Shown here in pieces: positions 1 through 49,920 of a DNA stretch of 64,000 bases (the stretch's first letter is position 1; each line of letters starts with the position of its first letter). The notes under the pieces were generated by a model. That model did not search any database and was not told where the DNA came from. It worked only from the letters and a program-made list of their open reading frames with translations. Source of the stretch: Botryllus schlosseri (Eukaryota); the NCBI GenBank assembly GCA_051294905.1, contig CM119380.1:23126001-23190000 (forward strand), written 5' to 3'. Made by a program: the position numbers and the translations under genes.

Positions 1-1330
1 ATCGACGACACGATGATAAAAAAGTCCGCGAAGGACTTGCCCAGTTGGATGCCACCGCCTGTCGTTACCGTGGGCGAATATTGTGACAAGCATAAGCCGA
101 GTGACTTGGACTCTTTGTACGCCAGAGTGTCATCAAGGACAAAGGGTTCCTCGCCGCATGCTCACGCCACCGGGAGTGTTATTGGGAGGGACGGAAAGGA
201 TGAAATCTCCGCAGGTTTTCTGCGCGGGGCGACTTCGACGGAGTGTATCGCCGACGTATACGCGGTCGTTAACAAAAAAGGTTTCGGCGCTAGGAGTCAG
301 TCGGACAGCAATGTAATCGAGATAAACGGCGACGTGTACGCTGTGATCGCAAAGTCCAACAGTCCGAAACACAAGCGGCCGTACGCGTCCGCTCAGGACT
401 TGCTGAGAGACGATGTTTTCGTCAACAACGAGTCGAACTCCTGCGATACACAGACGGAATACCCGGACGATATGAAATGCACGGGTTATCGCACCGAGTC
501 TGAGAATAGCGATTCTTACGTGACCATGAAAGCACCTGATCACATACTTCGCGATAGGGTTTCCACGCACTCAAACACTTGTAATAACGCACACGCGAGC
601 CGTGTTATAAACTCTTTGTCTCATTCGTACCCATTGTCTGGCGAGATATTAAAGGATATCGGCGGATTGGATGTCTCGCGAACTGGTGCGCGTAACAACT
701 TCGATTCCAGTCGCAGGCGACACGGGGCTTTCGAATCGGAGCTACAAGCACCAGATTGGGAGTCTGTAAATGAACTGCAGGAGATGATATCATCATTGGA
801 TGATGTTACGAACGTAGTGCGTTGCCGCGATAACAAAGCGCTTTCCGTTGGCCGTGATCCAATCGAGGCCGTGTCCTCTCAAGAGAGTATTATGTCAGTT
901 GGTGGTAACGGTCGTGGTGGGGAATTGGGATTCGGGAGGCCTAGAAGTCGACATCTTGTCAGCCCGCAGGAGAGCATGCTTAGGAAGGCGAGGCAGAAAG
1001 AGCCGTTACCTACCCCTCCCACGTCAAGCCCGACGCACGAAGGGGGGAGGAGAAACCGTAGGGGCAGCTCTGGGAGGAGAAAAAAGACTACGGTTAGGGA
1101 GTCTCTGCCCCCTCCACCCACGCCACCACCCCCGAATATATCCCCGCCTGTACGCCGAGCTCGGCCCGTGGATAACCGGCTCGTACCGGATTCGAATCGT
1201 ACTCTGCGATCAGAAAAGCGCTACGTTTCCGAGTCACCTTCTTATGATAAATCAAGTACTATTGGATACGGCGTTGAAAGTACTAAATCGGATACCGCTG
1301 TAATAGCGCGAAGCAAAAGCATTCGTAACA
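1..1330 (+). CDS. Large low-complexity exon, probably spliced into FAK upstream of the Y397 exon (5'-partial)
   Basis: Frame is open from base 1 to a perfect donor aac a|GTAAGT at 1331. The donor is phase 1, compatible with the phase-1 acceptor at 4838. Ser/Pro/Arg-rich, with PLPTPP, PPPPTPPPP and YVTM. FAK membership is inferred from position and phase. Confidence 0.65.
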
Positions 1331-1371
1331 GTAAGTAATTCGATTTGTTTGTCCCGCGCGTTTGTATATAC

Positions 1372-1900
1372 CTGGTAGAGTTCTGAGTCTGTTGCTGTCT
1401 AGGTACAGTCCGGATAGCTTATCTAGCCTTGTAAATGTTTGTGGCGCGATCGTGGTAATCTTGTTGCCGGATAGATGCAAGCTAAAAATCGTGAAAGGGT
1501 AGTGGTTAGTAACACTTGTGTCTACCAGCTCCGCGCACCTTTCCAGTCGCTGTAGTCCTTTAAACGCGTCTACGTGTATCGCGACAATTAGGTTGTCGTG
1601 TAGGTCCAGCTCTGTCAGCCAATACGTGCTTTGAAAGTCGCCAGCACGCAGCGCGGTGATGTTATTTCTGGTAATTATCACGAATGATGTAACAGCTGCG
1701 CTCTCTCATTCCTATAAGACTGACAGTAAAACTCACCCGTACAACAGAAGTCTCGACATCATACGCGAAGGTAGAGCCCGTGGTACCTGCCCCAATCCCA
1801 TTTTGTGGCACATGGTAGTGGAACCGCATAGTTTGCAAGGACACGCGCCTTCTGCGGCGATATATCCCGTCAAAGCGACAACAATCCACAGTAGCTGCAT
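1372..1900 (-). CDS. Secreted or cell-surface leucine-rich repeat protein, first three exons (3'-incomplete), nested antisense in a FAK intron
   Basis: Exons 1900-1737, 1667-1539 and 1481-1372 with GT-AG introns of 69 and 57 nt. Translation: hydrophobic signal peptide MQLLWIVVALTGYIAAEGA, LRRNT-like CPCKLCGSTTMCHKMGLGQVPRALP, then 24-aa typical LRRs (LTELDLHDNLI, LESLHLSGNKI, LSGLYLDSNRL). Confidence 0.88.
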
Positions 1901-4837
1901 CGCTCAGGAGTATCAGATTTCATTCCAGTAGCCATGCGACATTGCTCAACCTTCCTACGCAGCTGTCATGTAACAAACAAGAGCTAAAACAAATCTGATT
2001 TTCACTGAAATTCTCTAGGTAATAGGTCTTGTCCGATGCGACTGGCCAAATGATATTGATTGCCCAATCGGCGTTGCCGTGTATCGTTTTGTGCAGAGTT
2101 ACCCCGAGGGCATAAACTTGTGTTTGAACCTTTCTATACAGCTCTGATTATACCTGAACCGATGTTTGTGGTTGTTTAGTGTTTATCTTCTAATCGTATG
2201 GCTCCCGTGCACTTGAAGATCACTGTTTTCACACGCACATGACCGGCGATTCTAATCGTTAACGTGTGCGCCTTACCGAACCGCCAACTGTTACCCAGGA
2301 TGTGTTGTTTCACAAAGTACAATCAAACCTTCACAATGTGCGCGCTACACAGCTCTTTCTTGCGGTATATGGTATTTCATGTCTTCTGGGCCCGCCGTGA
2401 ACTACACGCTCGAAGCTGGAGATACGACAGTGTCTTGTCACGTGATTAGGTCATTACTCTTTCCTTTTCAATCGCGAAAGATTCCATTTCCGAGCATTCA
2501 ATTTGTTTTCAATGCTACCACGATCCCACCATCGTTGGGAAAGCCGTTTTCTGCCCTTCGTGCCGACGGGTTTCAATCCTACCGCTCTCTGGCTTTAGCG
2601 TCGATATTGAGAAGGCCTGTAGCTGTCTTGTTTGCAGGTGGTTGTGTTATGTTGAGTTGATATCGGTGCGCATCTTCCTAGCGTCATACTGAGGGAATAT
2701 TCAGGCTGGTGCATTTTTCGTAATCTACCGTACCATTTGGACATGTTTACGAAGCGACATTGCAAATCTTTGGACGAACTAGACGACCGAGATTTGCCTG
2801 ACGACGTGCTATGCGATGACGACGACATTTTCGGAGAACCTGCGCGTACCGGAGAGAAGTACCCAGAGATTCCGAGACTGACAAGGCGCCGGCACGCCAG
2901 CTCCGTGGCGGAAGACCTATACGTCGATCTAGGCGCTGGCCCGATTGGTACCTTGCCTAGAAGGAAGTCTAGCGTGAAGCAGTTTTCTGTGTCTGCGATG
3001 TTAAGCAGGGCTTGGAGGTCAATGAACACTTTAGACAGGGACGATTCCGAAAATAATAGTTCGGCCCATAATGGCGCGGATGTGCCCATATTAGGCGGTT
3101 TGAGAAGGCGTAAAAGCAGGAAAGCCGATAAAGACGCGGGGAAAAACGGAGCGAAATACACGCCTGTTAAACGCAGGCCGATTCTATCGCCTGTCATGTC
3201 GACTCCTGTAATCGAGCATATCGCGCGCGCGCAGCCTCTGCTCGAACCCGAATCTCGGGAAGAGCAGGAGGAAGCCAGGGTGTCGGTTTCGGAAGACGCT
3301 TACACTTGCATGGACTTGAACTTTGAGGCTTTCTCGCGGTCGCGACAGCCCGTGCGAGCGGATGAATTCGTGTCGGCCAGGGTGCTTCCTTTGAAGAAGC
3401 GTAGCGGCGCTACCCCGCCTCCTTTGCCAGATCCTGCGCAGAAACCCAAGTATCTGCCTTTGAAAGATATGTCAGTTGCGAAGTCTAGGACATTGTCGAG
3501 AAGCAAGTCTCCTAGCTCCGCGTCTGCGTATCGCGGTATTCTGAAAAGCACGGATGGTGAGCTGGATCGCCCGCCGTCTATTTCCAGGAATGCATCAGCT
3601 GACAATATCTTACAGTCTGTCGCGTCCGATTCAGCCTTTTCCGACACTATTTCTTCCGATTTGAAAGCACAGCACTACGCTTCTGCGCGTACGTTAACTT
3701 ACCGCGAATCCGCAGGCCAGGATAAAGTCCCGCGACCTCCGTTAAGCAACTCATCTTCCATCGAGGAAGACGTGTCGTATTTTTGCTGCTCGCCTACGCG
3801 TTCCGGGAGCAGACACGCAAAATCCAGCGCGTTAGATAGGAAATCTTCCACGCTACCGCACGAGCCTATTGTAATCTCCCAACCGGGCGCGGCTTCCAAA
3901 TCTTCCAGGCTGAAAAAGAAACTGGGCGGTTACGCGTTCTGGAAACCGAAAGGCATGTCGTCCGGCGTTCAAACCGGTAGCAAACAGAGCGCTGCAGTCG
4001 ACGAAAAAGACCAGCAGGTCTCGAAAAATCAACGGGAGAATGAGTATCAGACTTTAGGCCCCGGCGATAAACCTAAGAGCAGAAGCAAGAGTTTCGATTC
4101 GAAGAAAGGAAAAAAGATCGACTCTATTCTTGCCGATTCGGGCAGCACAGTTTCTCGCACGCTGTCCATCGCAGGCCGCGGGAAACCTGCGTCGCCCTTG
4201 CCGCCTATACCTGTAACACACGGCGGTAGATCCACAGGTCCTAGATCGCCAGCTTCTCCAACTGGCTCCGATTTTTTGACCAAATCTCCACCGCCCGTGC
4301 CTTCCGGATATCGTACGTTGCGTTCTCCGCCTCCTTTGCCTTCGCACGATCTTGGCAGCAGGTCAAATACAATGACAGTGGGTCCGAAGCCTGCGCGTTC
4401 TAGTTCGTTTACAGTGCAGCGCTCGCCTTTGCGTGTCGTGTCGGATAACGTACCGCGACCTAACGTAGAATCATGGTATCGTAAAAAGTGTGAGGATTTC
4501 GATTATGACATACCCAACAGCCTGCCCGCCAATAAATATAGACTGGTGCAGCAAGGCTTCAAACAAATCCTCGTGCCTCGGGTCGGTTTGGGCGACAATA
4601 CGGCGATTTTAAGCCACGGCTCTACTGACTTGAGTCAGAAACCGCGTCCGTTCTTAGCGCGTAAATCTAAAAGCAAACTACTCAGTTCCGTCGATCCCGT
4701 CAGCCCCGGCGGTCGTAGCCAGCGATCTAGAAGCGGCGGCGAGACCGAGTTGCCCCGATTTGATTTCGATGCGCAAAGCCGATCGCTCGCGAGACACGAC
4801 TCTAACCGAAGGCGTTCTTCTTTTCCCGCCACTATAG

Positions 4838-42129
<37,292 letters not shown>

Positions 42130-42648
42130 CCCCTGCGCAACGCACGATACTTCCGTCTTGGGCGGTCGGTGTATAGTAGATTCGCCCGTCGGTGGGCTGC
42201 GGCGCGGTGCGAGTGTTTTTCGCGCCGAATCTGCACGTCACGTGAATGAATTGTAGCTTTCAGTCGTGTGATTTGCCACACGGGCGCGGACTCGTAGCCC
42301 GCGAGACAATGCACAGTGCGCGCTCCTTCCTGTTCCGTAAAGGCTTTTGTTTGAGAACTAGTTTACTACCGTTTCTATACCCCAGATGCAAAAAATTCTG
42401 TACCTTCCTACGTAAGCCTTACACGGAATAGCGTCGCTACCTTTATTTTTTCGTTGCTCTTTCTCTCTTATTTTATTCTTTACGTTGTCAACCGGAGTTT
42501 TATTTATTCTTTGCTCTTTTTGGATATTTTAAGAAGACACTTTTCCATATTCTATATCGCTGCGCGCGACTCGACGTTGCGCGATCTCGCTTTTCACTGC
42601 TCTCCGGGAACGGTGTCGTTCGCGGATGTGTAGATGCAATGTCGTACG

Positions 42649-42654
42649 AAATAA
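42649..42654 (+). promoter_or_regulatory. Candidate FAK polyadenylation signal
   Basis: AATAAA about 520 nt after the FAK stop codon, followed by T/GT-rich sequence. Confidence 0.45.
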
Positions 42655-43732
42655 AAGTCTTGTTAACATGCTGAGGGCTGTGTACGTGAGGCGGTGGTTT
42701 GGTTGCAGGCAGATTTATTAAAATATGATTTTTTAGCTACTCAAACTTGGATAAGAATTAAAACTATAGCTACACTGATTTTCCCAAATTGGATTGAAAT
42801 TCGAATTAGTAAATTCGCGAGAACTTGGAGATTGGATTTAAATTTAATTCATATAGAATAAAATGCAGAAAATTATCACGAGTTCAGTCTCATAAGCGTG
42901 AAAATGACCAATGTTAAGCTTGGCTCGTTTCGCTCAATAATTTGTATCAAGGTGAAGATCTTAGGGATAGCAGGTCTAACGATGATGATGATGAATGAAG
43001 ATTTTGTAATCGAAGATGATTCGGAACGTAGAATATGTAGTCCATCATCACGAGTTGGATGATCTTACACAGACTTCGGAACTTGGAATAGTAATATTCG
43101 GAATTTTTAGCATCCTTCCGAATGGAGAAAAGATTACTTGGCAAGAGAGAGAAGATTTCTCACTTTCGATCATGAGAAACGGCGTTTTAATCTTAGGGCT
43201 ACTTTCGATAGCTTTGTGTATTGCCGTGATACTGCATGGCATTGGCATGATACTGTTACAATGGGTTGCTGGAGGAGTTAGAAATCCTGATATACAACTC
43301 AAGTGAATGGAAAATATCTATTGGTAGCTCAAAGGATCCTAAAGTGTGGCATTCTGCAAAATAGCAACGTTTTAGGTGCGGTAACAATTGCACACTCAGT
43401 TAGTCTTCGTGAATAATACAGAAACGTTAAATGGTTGCAATATCGCAAGCACGATTGGATCATATGTGTCAGCTTTGAAATATTTTGTCTCTTAGGGCCA
43501 GACAATAAGGATGCACATTGCACATGTAACCCTGATACACATGTGCCAATTTCACATATTTATGTCGGACAGAAGATAATGAAACAAGCTAAAATATCGA
43601 AATAATTTCCTGGAAAACCTTGGCATAGTCAGCGATGGGCAAGGAAGAAGTGTCCCACAATATCTGAAAATGTCTGAGGTAAGATATCTGAGTAGATTGG
43701 AGCTTATGTGTTAGTTGACTATTGCTCTAGTA

Positions 43733-44906
43733 CAGTGGTTCTCTGCCTTTTTGTCTTCGCGAACCCCCTCAAAGATTTAGCTCATTTATCGTACAAACGT
43801 GATCTGCCTTTTGTAAATGATAATTATAACCTTAGTGATGAACAGCAACAAAATGACTATTCTTGAAAATAAGATCATACTATCCATGTAGGAATTGAGC
43901 TAACTTCTATTACTTCGAAGCGAAAAAAAATCCGCGCCTTCGATAGGATATTTAACGAGTGCCGAGAATCCATTTCCACAAATAGAGGCGTTGGCGAATG
44001 TAATAATAAAGCGTAACGCTTCCGACGACACATTTGGGTATGATCGCAACAAATATGGCGCCAAAATTGACATGAACATATAATCAACGGCGGGCAACAT
44101 CCGGCCCGCGACGGGATTTTGGGTTGCAAGCAGACATTCTCCGATCTTCCATGATAATGTGACCCGCGGGTCTACATACATTTGCGAGCAAACATTTTTG
44201 ACCATAAACATTTATAGTTTACCTGACGCTCACGTGCATTTTTTCCCAAAGGTTTCTAATTTTTTAAATGCAGCCAGAGTTCAAAGACCTTGTAGACAAC
44301 TTTGATTGCCACAGATGTCTCATTGACTTCAACAGCTATTGAATTACATTACGAGTAAGCGAATAAATACTGTTTTTGGTCTCTACTTTAAACTTGAAGG
44401 TTACATTAGATATGATATATTCGTTGTATAGGTGAATAAATACGCGATTTATGTATCAATTCAGGAATCCGGCCTGCCAAGTACTTAATTTTCCATATCC
44501 GGCCCGCCGACTGGAGAGGTTGCCCGCCCCTTGATATATAACGTCAAGCCTGGTCATTTCTATCTAGCAGCTTATCTTGAAGTTATTATGAAAAAAGGTT
44601 ATATATATCACAGGAGAAAATGGATTTTTGTAGACATTTCGAAGTCACTGTGCTTAACCTTACTCATCCAACTTTTTTTCCGCAATCCCCAATAAAGCAT
44701 CTCCAAACAGGAAAATGTTTGTATCCGTAGGCTAATGGCTATTTAGCAGTTACAATGAGTCTGCACAGTAGGATATTTCATCTCTGATTGCCATTCTGTT
44801 GATGTGAGCTTTGGAGTTTTATACTATAGCAATGAAGCGCAACTGCCTCGTGATTTTCCAACTTTAAAATAATAGCTTTTCAACTTTTCGCGGTTGAGAA
44901 CCGCTG
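43733..44906. mobile_element. Non-autonomous hAT element (Charlie/Buster-like termini) containing a nested MITE at ~44085-44533
   Basis: Termini CAGTGGTTCTC...GAGAACCGCTG with perfect 8-bp TSD CTCTAGTA. The inner element has GGCGGGCAAC...GTTGCCCGCC ends and CCGGCCCGC subterminal motifs. Confidence 0.85.
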
Positions 44907-45150
44907 CTCTAGTATCAAACGAGACAACCCACAGAATTATGAGTTAGTAGCGTAAATTTGGACCCTGAAACTCGCATTTTATTTGTCCTGCAGAAGCAAT
45001 ATCAGTTTAAATCAACCAAATAAAGCTGTGCAAATGTTTATTAGAAGTCTATCGTTTTAATTGTTTTATGTTCGACTGCTTATGGTTTTTGACACGTTTT
45101 ATACAATAAACACAAAATATTAAAAGTAGTACTTTAATTTGGGTTATGAG

Positions 45151-45580
45151 TAAGGCTGGGCACAATGATTCGAGTATTCGAATCTGAATCGAGTAATTAT
45201 TCTAATGATTCCAGTCGAGTAGCAAAAGTCGAATTTTTCCAGTACTGAAATCATGCGCTCCTCGCCACTCAAAGTTATTTCATCGACGAGAATTATGGTT
45301 TCGATGCTATTTCCCATTGCGGAGGCCTTGAAACCTTGATTGGCCGTATCGCAACATACGAAACATAGTACAAAGCTGGAAATTACACATTTCCGAAGTC
45401 ATGATCCTCCCACAACGTTGTCACAAAGTGAAATGAATTCCGTAGGACTGATATAAGTAATGTGATGGCATCATATATATACTGTTATTACGTCATAGTG
45501 AGTGATACTCGAATATACTCGACTCGACGCATAATGATTCAGAATCGAATCACTCAGATACTCGATTTCGCCCAGCCATA
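45151..45580. mobile_element. hAT-type MITE
   Basis: Termini TAAGGCTGGGC...GCCCAGCCATA, multiple subterminal TCGA(A/G)T motifs, perfect 8-bp TSD GTTATGAG. Confidence 0.85.
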
Positions 45581-45990
45581 GTTATGAGACAATGTGGTGG
45601 ATGCCTATTTGCCCAACCTAAAAACTTGACGTGATTGAGAAAAACGGATGTCCTTTTTGAGTTCAGCGCCCAAAAGTTGGACATAACCAATAGGGTTGTT
45701 CAGAATTGACCGACTTTCAAAAAGTCTAGGTTTTCAGTCCGTTTCCCATGCCTTATACCTTAAAAACAAATTCTGGCTACTTTTTTTGTAATTCATCCCC
45801 TGCATCCGTGTGCATTTTGCCGTAATTCTTCGGAATTTGGGGATTCCCCCGTTGTGAGTTACTCGACAGCAATCGCATGTGTTCTCATTGACGTGAAGCG
45901 GATGTTCTAGCGTTGATGACGCGCTAGGCACGGCAGTGAAATGGGGATCATTGATTGCTCAGGTGTTTTGCTTCTTTGTTGTTGAAGAAC

Positions 45991-47202
45991 CAGTGGTGCC
46001 ACTCCTAGTGTTTTAACACTAGATCTAGTGTTTTTTCGGTCGTCCTAGTGTTCTAGTGTTTTTTTTCGCTAAATTTTGCTAATCTAGTGTTTTTCTGCAA
46101 TTATGCGAATAATGAATATTCTAACGTTAGACGACTTAATTATACGCTAAATTTATTGCTAATGAGGCGATTTGGTGTCTCTGGCTGTGTTTGTTTTCAA
46201 CAATTCTATGTGGTGGTGCAGTAACACGCAATTATTACGTAACAGGGTGCGCTGTGAATCCGTACCTATGAGCGAAAGTCTCTGAAAAAATGAGGAGCCA
46301 TTTCGCTCTGATGCTCTGTCGCTTCTTGTTAAACTCGGGCAAGATTTTCATTTGCCGAGACAGACAGACAGACAGACAGTTTTATTGAACAAAATTGCAA
46401 TAAAAATATAATTCATGCTGCAGCGACACGATCCTTCGGGATTCCTGCGGATCATCCCGCCAGCTTCATTGATGGAGTGCTAATCAAGCATTGTTCAATT
46501 CGAGTCTCGCGTCATCAATAAATATTGAAAAATGTAAGCAGGCCGAAGAATAGTAAGAAGAAGAATAGTAAAATCAATCATTCCTCTAGCTGTGCAATTT
46601 CCCTCTGTGCTATTATTTGATGAACTTGAACTTTGGCAAGATCGCAAAATGAGCTGCAGTTTATCAGTCAATGCCCTCCAACAGAATTTTTGTAAAAATT
46701 GAAATCTATGCACAATGGATTCGATGAATCAAAATTCCATTTACTGGGGAAGCTCATGACGAATCTCTTGGCATTGCCACATTCCACTGCATTCGTGGAA
46801 TTGCAGTATGCTGCATATGGAAACCTTCCCATTGTTTGGTTGAAGATGTGCGGTAGTGAGCAAGATGCCCCACAAAAGATACTTATGTTTGATGGATGGT
46901 GTACAAATCGAAAGAAAATTTTTATGATGCCGCACAATTCGAAAGCGACAAATTTGATTTTTTTTGCGCTGTTGAATTCGTTTCATTAATTTTCATTGAA
47001 TCATCATGCAGTATATCATGCATATGTATCGAATTCATGTGTGGAACACTTAGTATCTATGGATTTGTACCTTGGTCATCATGATTACCTGGCAAGGGCG
47101 CATTTTTCCGGCAATTTACTAATCTAGTGTTTTTTTCGCCAATCTAGTGTTTTTTCAGGACATAATCTTGTGTTTTTCCGGGAACCTAGAGTGGCAACAC
47201 TG
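45991..47202 (+). mobile_element. Internally deleted hAT element nested in the hATm-like element
   Basis: Termini CAGTGGTGCCACTC...GAGTGGCAACACTG, repeated subterminal CTAGTGTTTT, perfect TSD TGAAGAAC. Retains KFHLLGKLMTNLLALPHSTAFVE, resembling the hAT C-terminal dimerisation motif. Confidence 0.82.
46360..46412 (-). repeat. Probable 3' tail of a retroposon (AATAAA followed by a (CTGT)n microsatellite)
   Basis: The minus strand reads ttttgttcAATAAActgtctgtctgtctgtc. Confidence 0.4.
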
Positions 47203-47599
47203 TGAAGAACTGTGTTTACGATTGAGGTGGAGGACTTGCCAGGTAGCTTTTTGGCTCATGCTGTTAGCGAGTCTAGCGCAGGATTAGTGATTATAGTATT
47301 GTAGCAGTATTGAATTATTCGATCTAATGGACCTGATACTCTTTCTTGTCTACTGGGATAGAAGGCAAAGCTTGTAAATGTCTTTTCCAGTGACTGTGGA
47401 AAACAGCCAGCGGTTGCTCTGAATTTTATGTTATTTCCTAAGATAGCAATATACTGGTCGGAGTATTTCCAATTTAGGAATCATTATCTTCCAGAATCAA
47501 TAACTGGATCTAATCCGACTATTCTTGCTCAAGTTGTGCAGTATGTGTTTGACCTAAGAGAACTGAAATGTTTCCAACTATTCTTTGTTGCTTGACTGA

Positions 47600-49920
47600 G
47601 TTGATGTATATTTATTTTTCTAGGATTAGCTCTAGTGCGAAATGTCTAAAAAAAAGAAAATTGCCATCTAGTGATATAGTATCAAAGAAAACTAGAAGAT
47701 CACGGTCGCAGACACAGCATTTCCTAGCTGGGCCATCTGAGGAAACATTACGAGATCGAAGCTGCTTACTCTTAGGAAAGTTATGCAGTATGTGTTACAC
47801 CTAAGAGAGCATTCATATGCGAAAAATGAACCAGTAAAGTTACACATCCAGGACGTAGGAGATGAAGTACGGTAATAGGTTTTTGGTTCCTGGCTGCCAC
47901 AAAGACCATCACACAAGTCAATGCCATTGAAGATTAGAGACAGTGTGAAAACAGAAACCAAATGGCTGTCACTAAAGGAAACTGCAGGCCAGCAATATGT
48001 ATCAAGAAAACAAAGTGACTTTGAAGCCAAGTTGAGTAAGCTATGGGCATAGAGGAGCTCCTGACGCGATGACGACAATTGAAGCAAGTACACTTCTCTC
48101 CGGCGATAAGAAACATGAATACAAAACATTTTATCAGGATCAAAGGGGTCCGTGATTAGCAACGATTGGTGGCAAAGATACAGTGTTGAAAGTGAAAACC
48201 ATGCAACAAAAGAGACGGACCATGAGTGCGAGAGAGTGCACCAGCTTCAAGTAGCGAAGGTGAATTTACAGAGAGCTCATCTATATCTTCGCAGGTAGCT
48301 GACACTTCCCACAGCAGTGATTTCAAAGTGGCGCAGTCGACATCGGGTCATTCCTTTGAATTTGTGACTCTAAAAGCGCCTGTAAACCTGTTCAACGACT
48401 AAGACATATGCCATGTTTCTGATCGCTTGAAAGTCAGCGATAATGCTGCCACCATGATAATTGCAGCACTGACACTGACTAAAGCTTGCGATGGTGACCC
48501 TAGTGACTTTCATCTTTCAAGATCTGGAACCTATCGACGACGCATTGCAAATCGTTTTAAAATTTCTGAGTCGATTGTTGAAAAAATAGCAAACGATCCA
48601 CCAAAGCACATCTCATTGCACTGCAATGGAAAGCTCACTAGGAGTCGTTTAGGAGAGCAATTTGAGGCCTTGGCAACGCATTTGAGAAGGGCAAACTTCT
48701 TGGCATTCGAACTCTTGAGATTGCTACAGGAAATTACGGGCTGATCCGTCATTTGAACTGCTGGAACTTTATAATTTAACAAAAATGTCAGAGCTCTTGT
48801 GTTTGACACAACATCCTCAAACAATTGAAAAAATAAAGGTGCTGTTCTGTTACTTGAAGAATTGATAAACCGGAAAGTTTTCTACAGTGCTTGTCGCCAT
48901 CATATTCATGAACTAGTCATCCGGGAGATCTGGAAGTGAAGTGTGTATTTGGATCGGTGACCACAGGCCCTGAAAACACAGATTTTAATACCTTCCAAGA
49001 AGTGGAAAGATATTGATCAATTAGGAAGCTCTAAAACACTTCAGTTTGATGAAGGCAGCGGGTTGGCGATGAAAGCTGATGAAGCAAAGCAAGAAATAAT
49101 TCCACTGATTAAGCCATATATTGGAAAGCAGAAAGAATTCTTGAAAAGAGATTAATACAGACTGTGCAACAGGCGCCTTGGTGATTTTAGATGACCAATA
49201 TGTTAGTAGCACCGTTTTCGCAAGCCTGGTGCTACTAATAGCACTGGATGGACGAGTCAAGTGCTGTATTGTCAAAAAATGTTCATGTGGAGTGAGCAAA
49301 TGGGCTATTCTGAAGAGTTCATTAGAAAGTTGGTATGAATAAATATTGCCCAGTTTTATGTCTCAGCTTGAAAACTGGTATTGCATGTGACGCAAACTGG
49401 TATTGCATGTGACGCACAGAGTAATGATCTCAAATTCCTTCATGACATAACGGACTTTACATCATGCGATTTCGCAGTTGCTGATGTGGCATATAAAAAG
49501 ATGTGAAAACATCATTGGCATCTCACCGAGGAAACGGTGGTATCTACAATGTTCTCGGCTAAACCAAAGATTCCTGACAAAGTGAAGGAAGCGATGGCTG
49601 CTAAATTGCTGCAAATGCCAATTCTTGAACAATTTCGCAGATGTGTACCTCTGAGTCTAATCTCTGACTCTGTCTCTGAGTCAATGAGTATGGTTGATTT
49701 AATTGGACCGGAATCGTGGTTTCTATTCGATGCTATACATACTGAACATGATTAGTTAGGTCTTCCAGTTTCGGAATGGCATACTGATCCGCATTTTGTG
49801 ACTGCTTAAGAATTTGTGAGTACCGTAGTGTTGAAGTAGTTAAAGACGCAGCAGAGCGTTTGGTAAAATTGAATACTGACTTTGATGCTTTAAAAACAGA
49901 TGACAGCGGGCGAGCCTCTT
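47600..49920 (+). pseudogene. hAT (hATm-like) transposase pseudogene with multiple stops and frameshifts
   Basis: Fragments LKVSDNAATMIIAA...ISLHCNGKL, RALVFDTTSSN*KNKGAVLLLEELINRKVFYSACRHHIHELV (first catalytic D and CxxH motif), KHHWHLTEE and VVKDAAERLVKL (catalytic E region). Assignment to hATm is from recalled family motifs, not a search. Confidence 0.75.

Noticed and set aside
2595-4832. Minus-strand ORFs (2595-3197, 3300-3647, 3699-3899, 4047-4347, 4635-4832) and similar ones opposite 13-1338 and 32854-34671
   Set aside because: Antisense shadows of long GC-rich plus-strand frames, with no recognisable motifs.
42947-43360. Hydrophobic plus-strand ORF 43016-43306 and LRR-like words on the minus strand (LPIDIFHSL, LPSNLFS, SNP)
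   Set aside because: The fragments are in different frames with several stops, no LxxLxLxxN repeat can be assembled, and there is no convincing exon structure.
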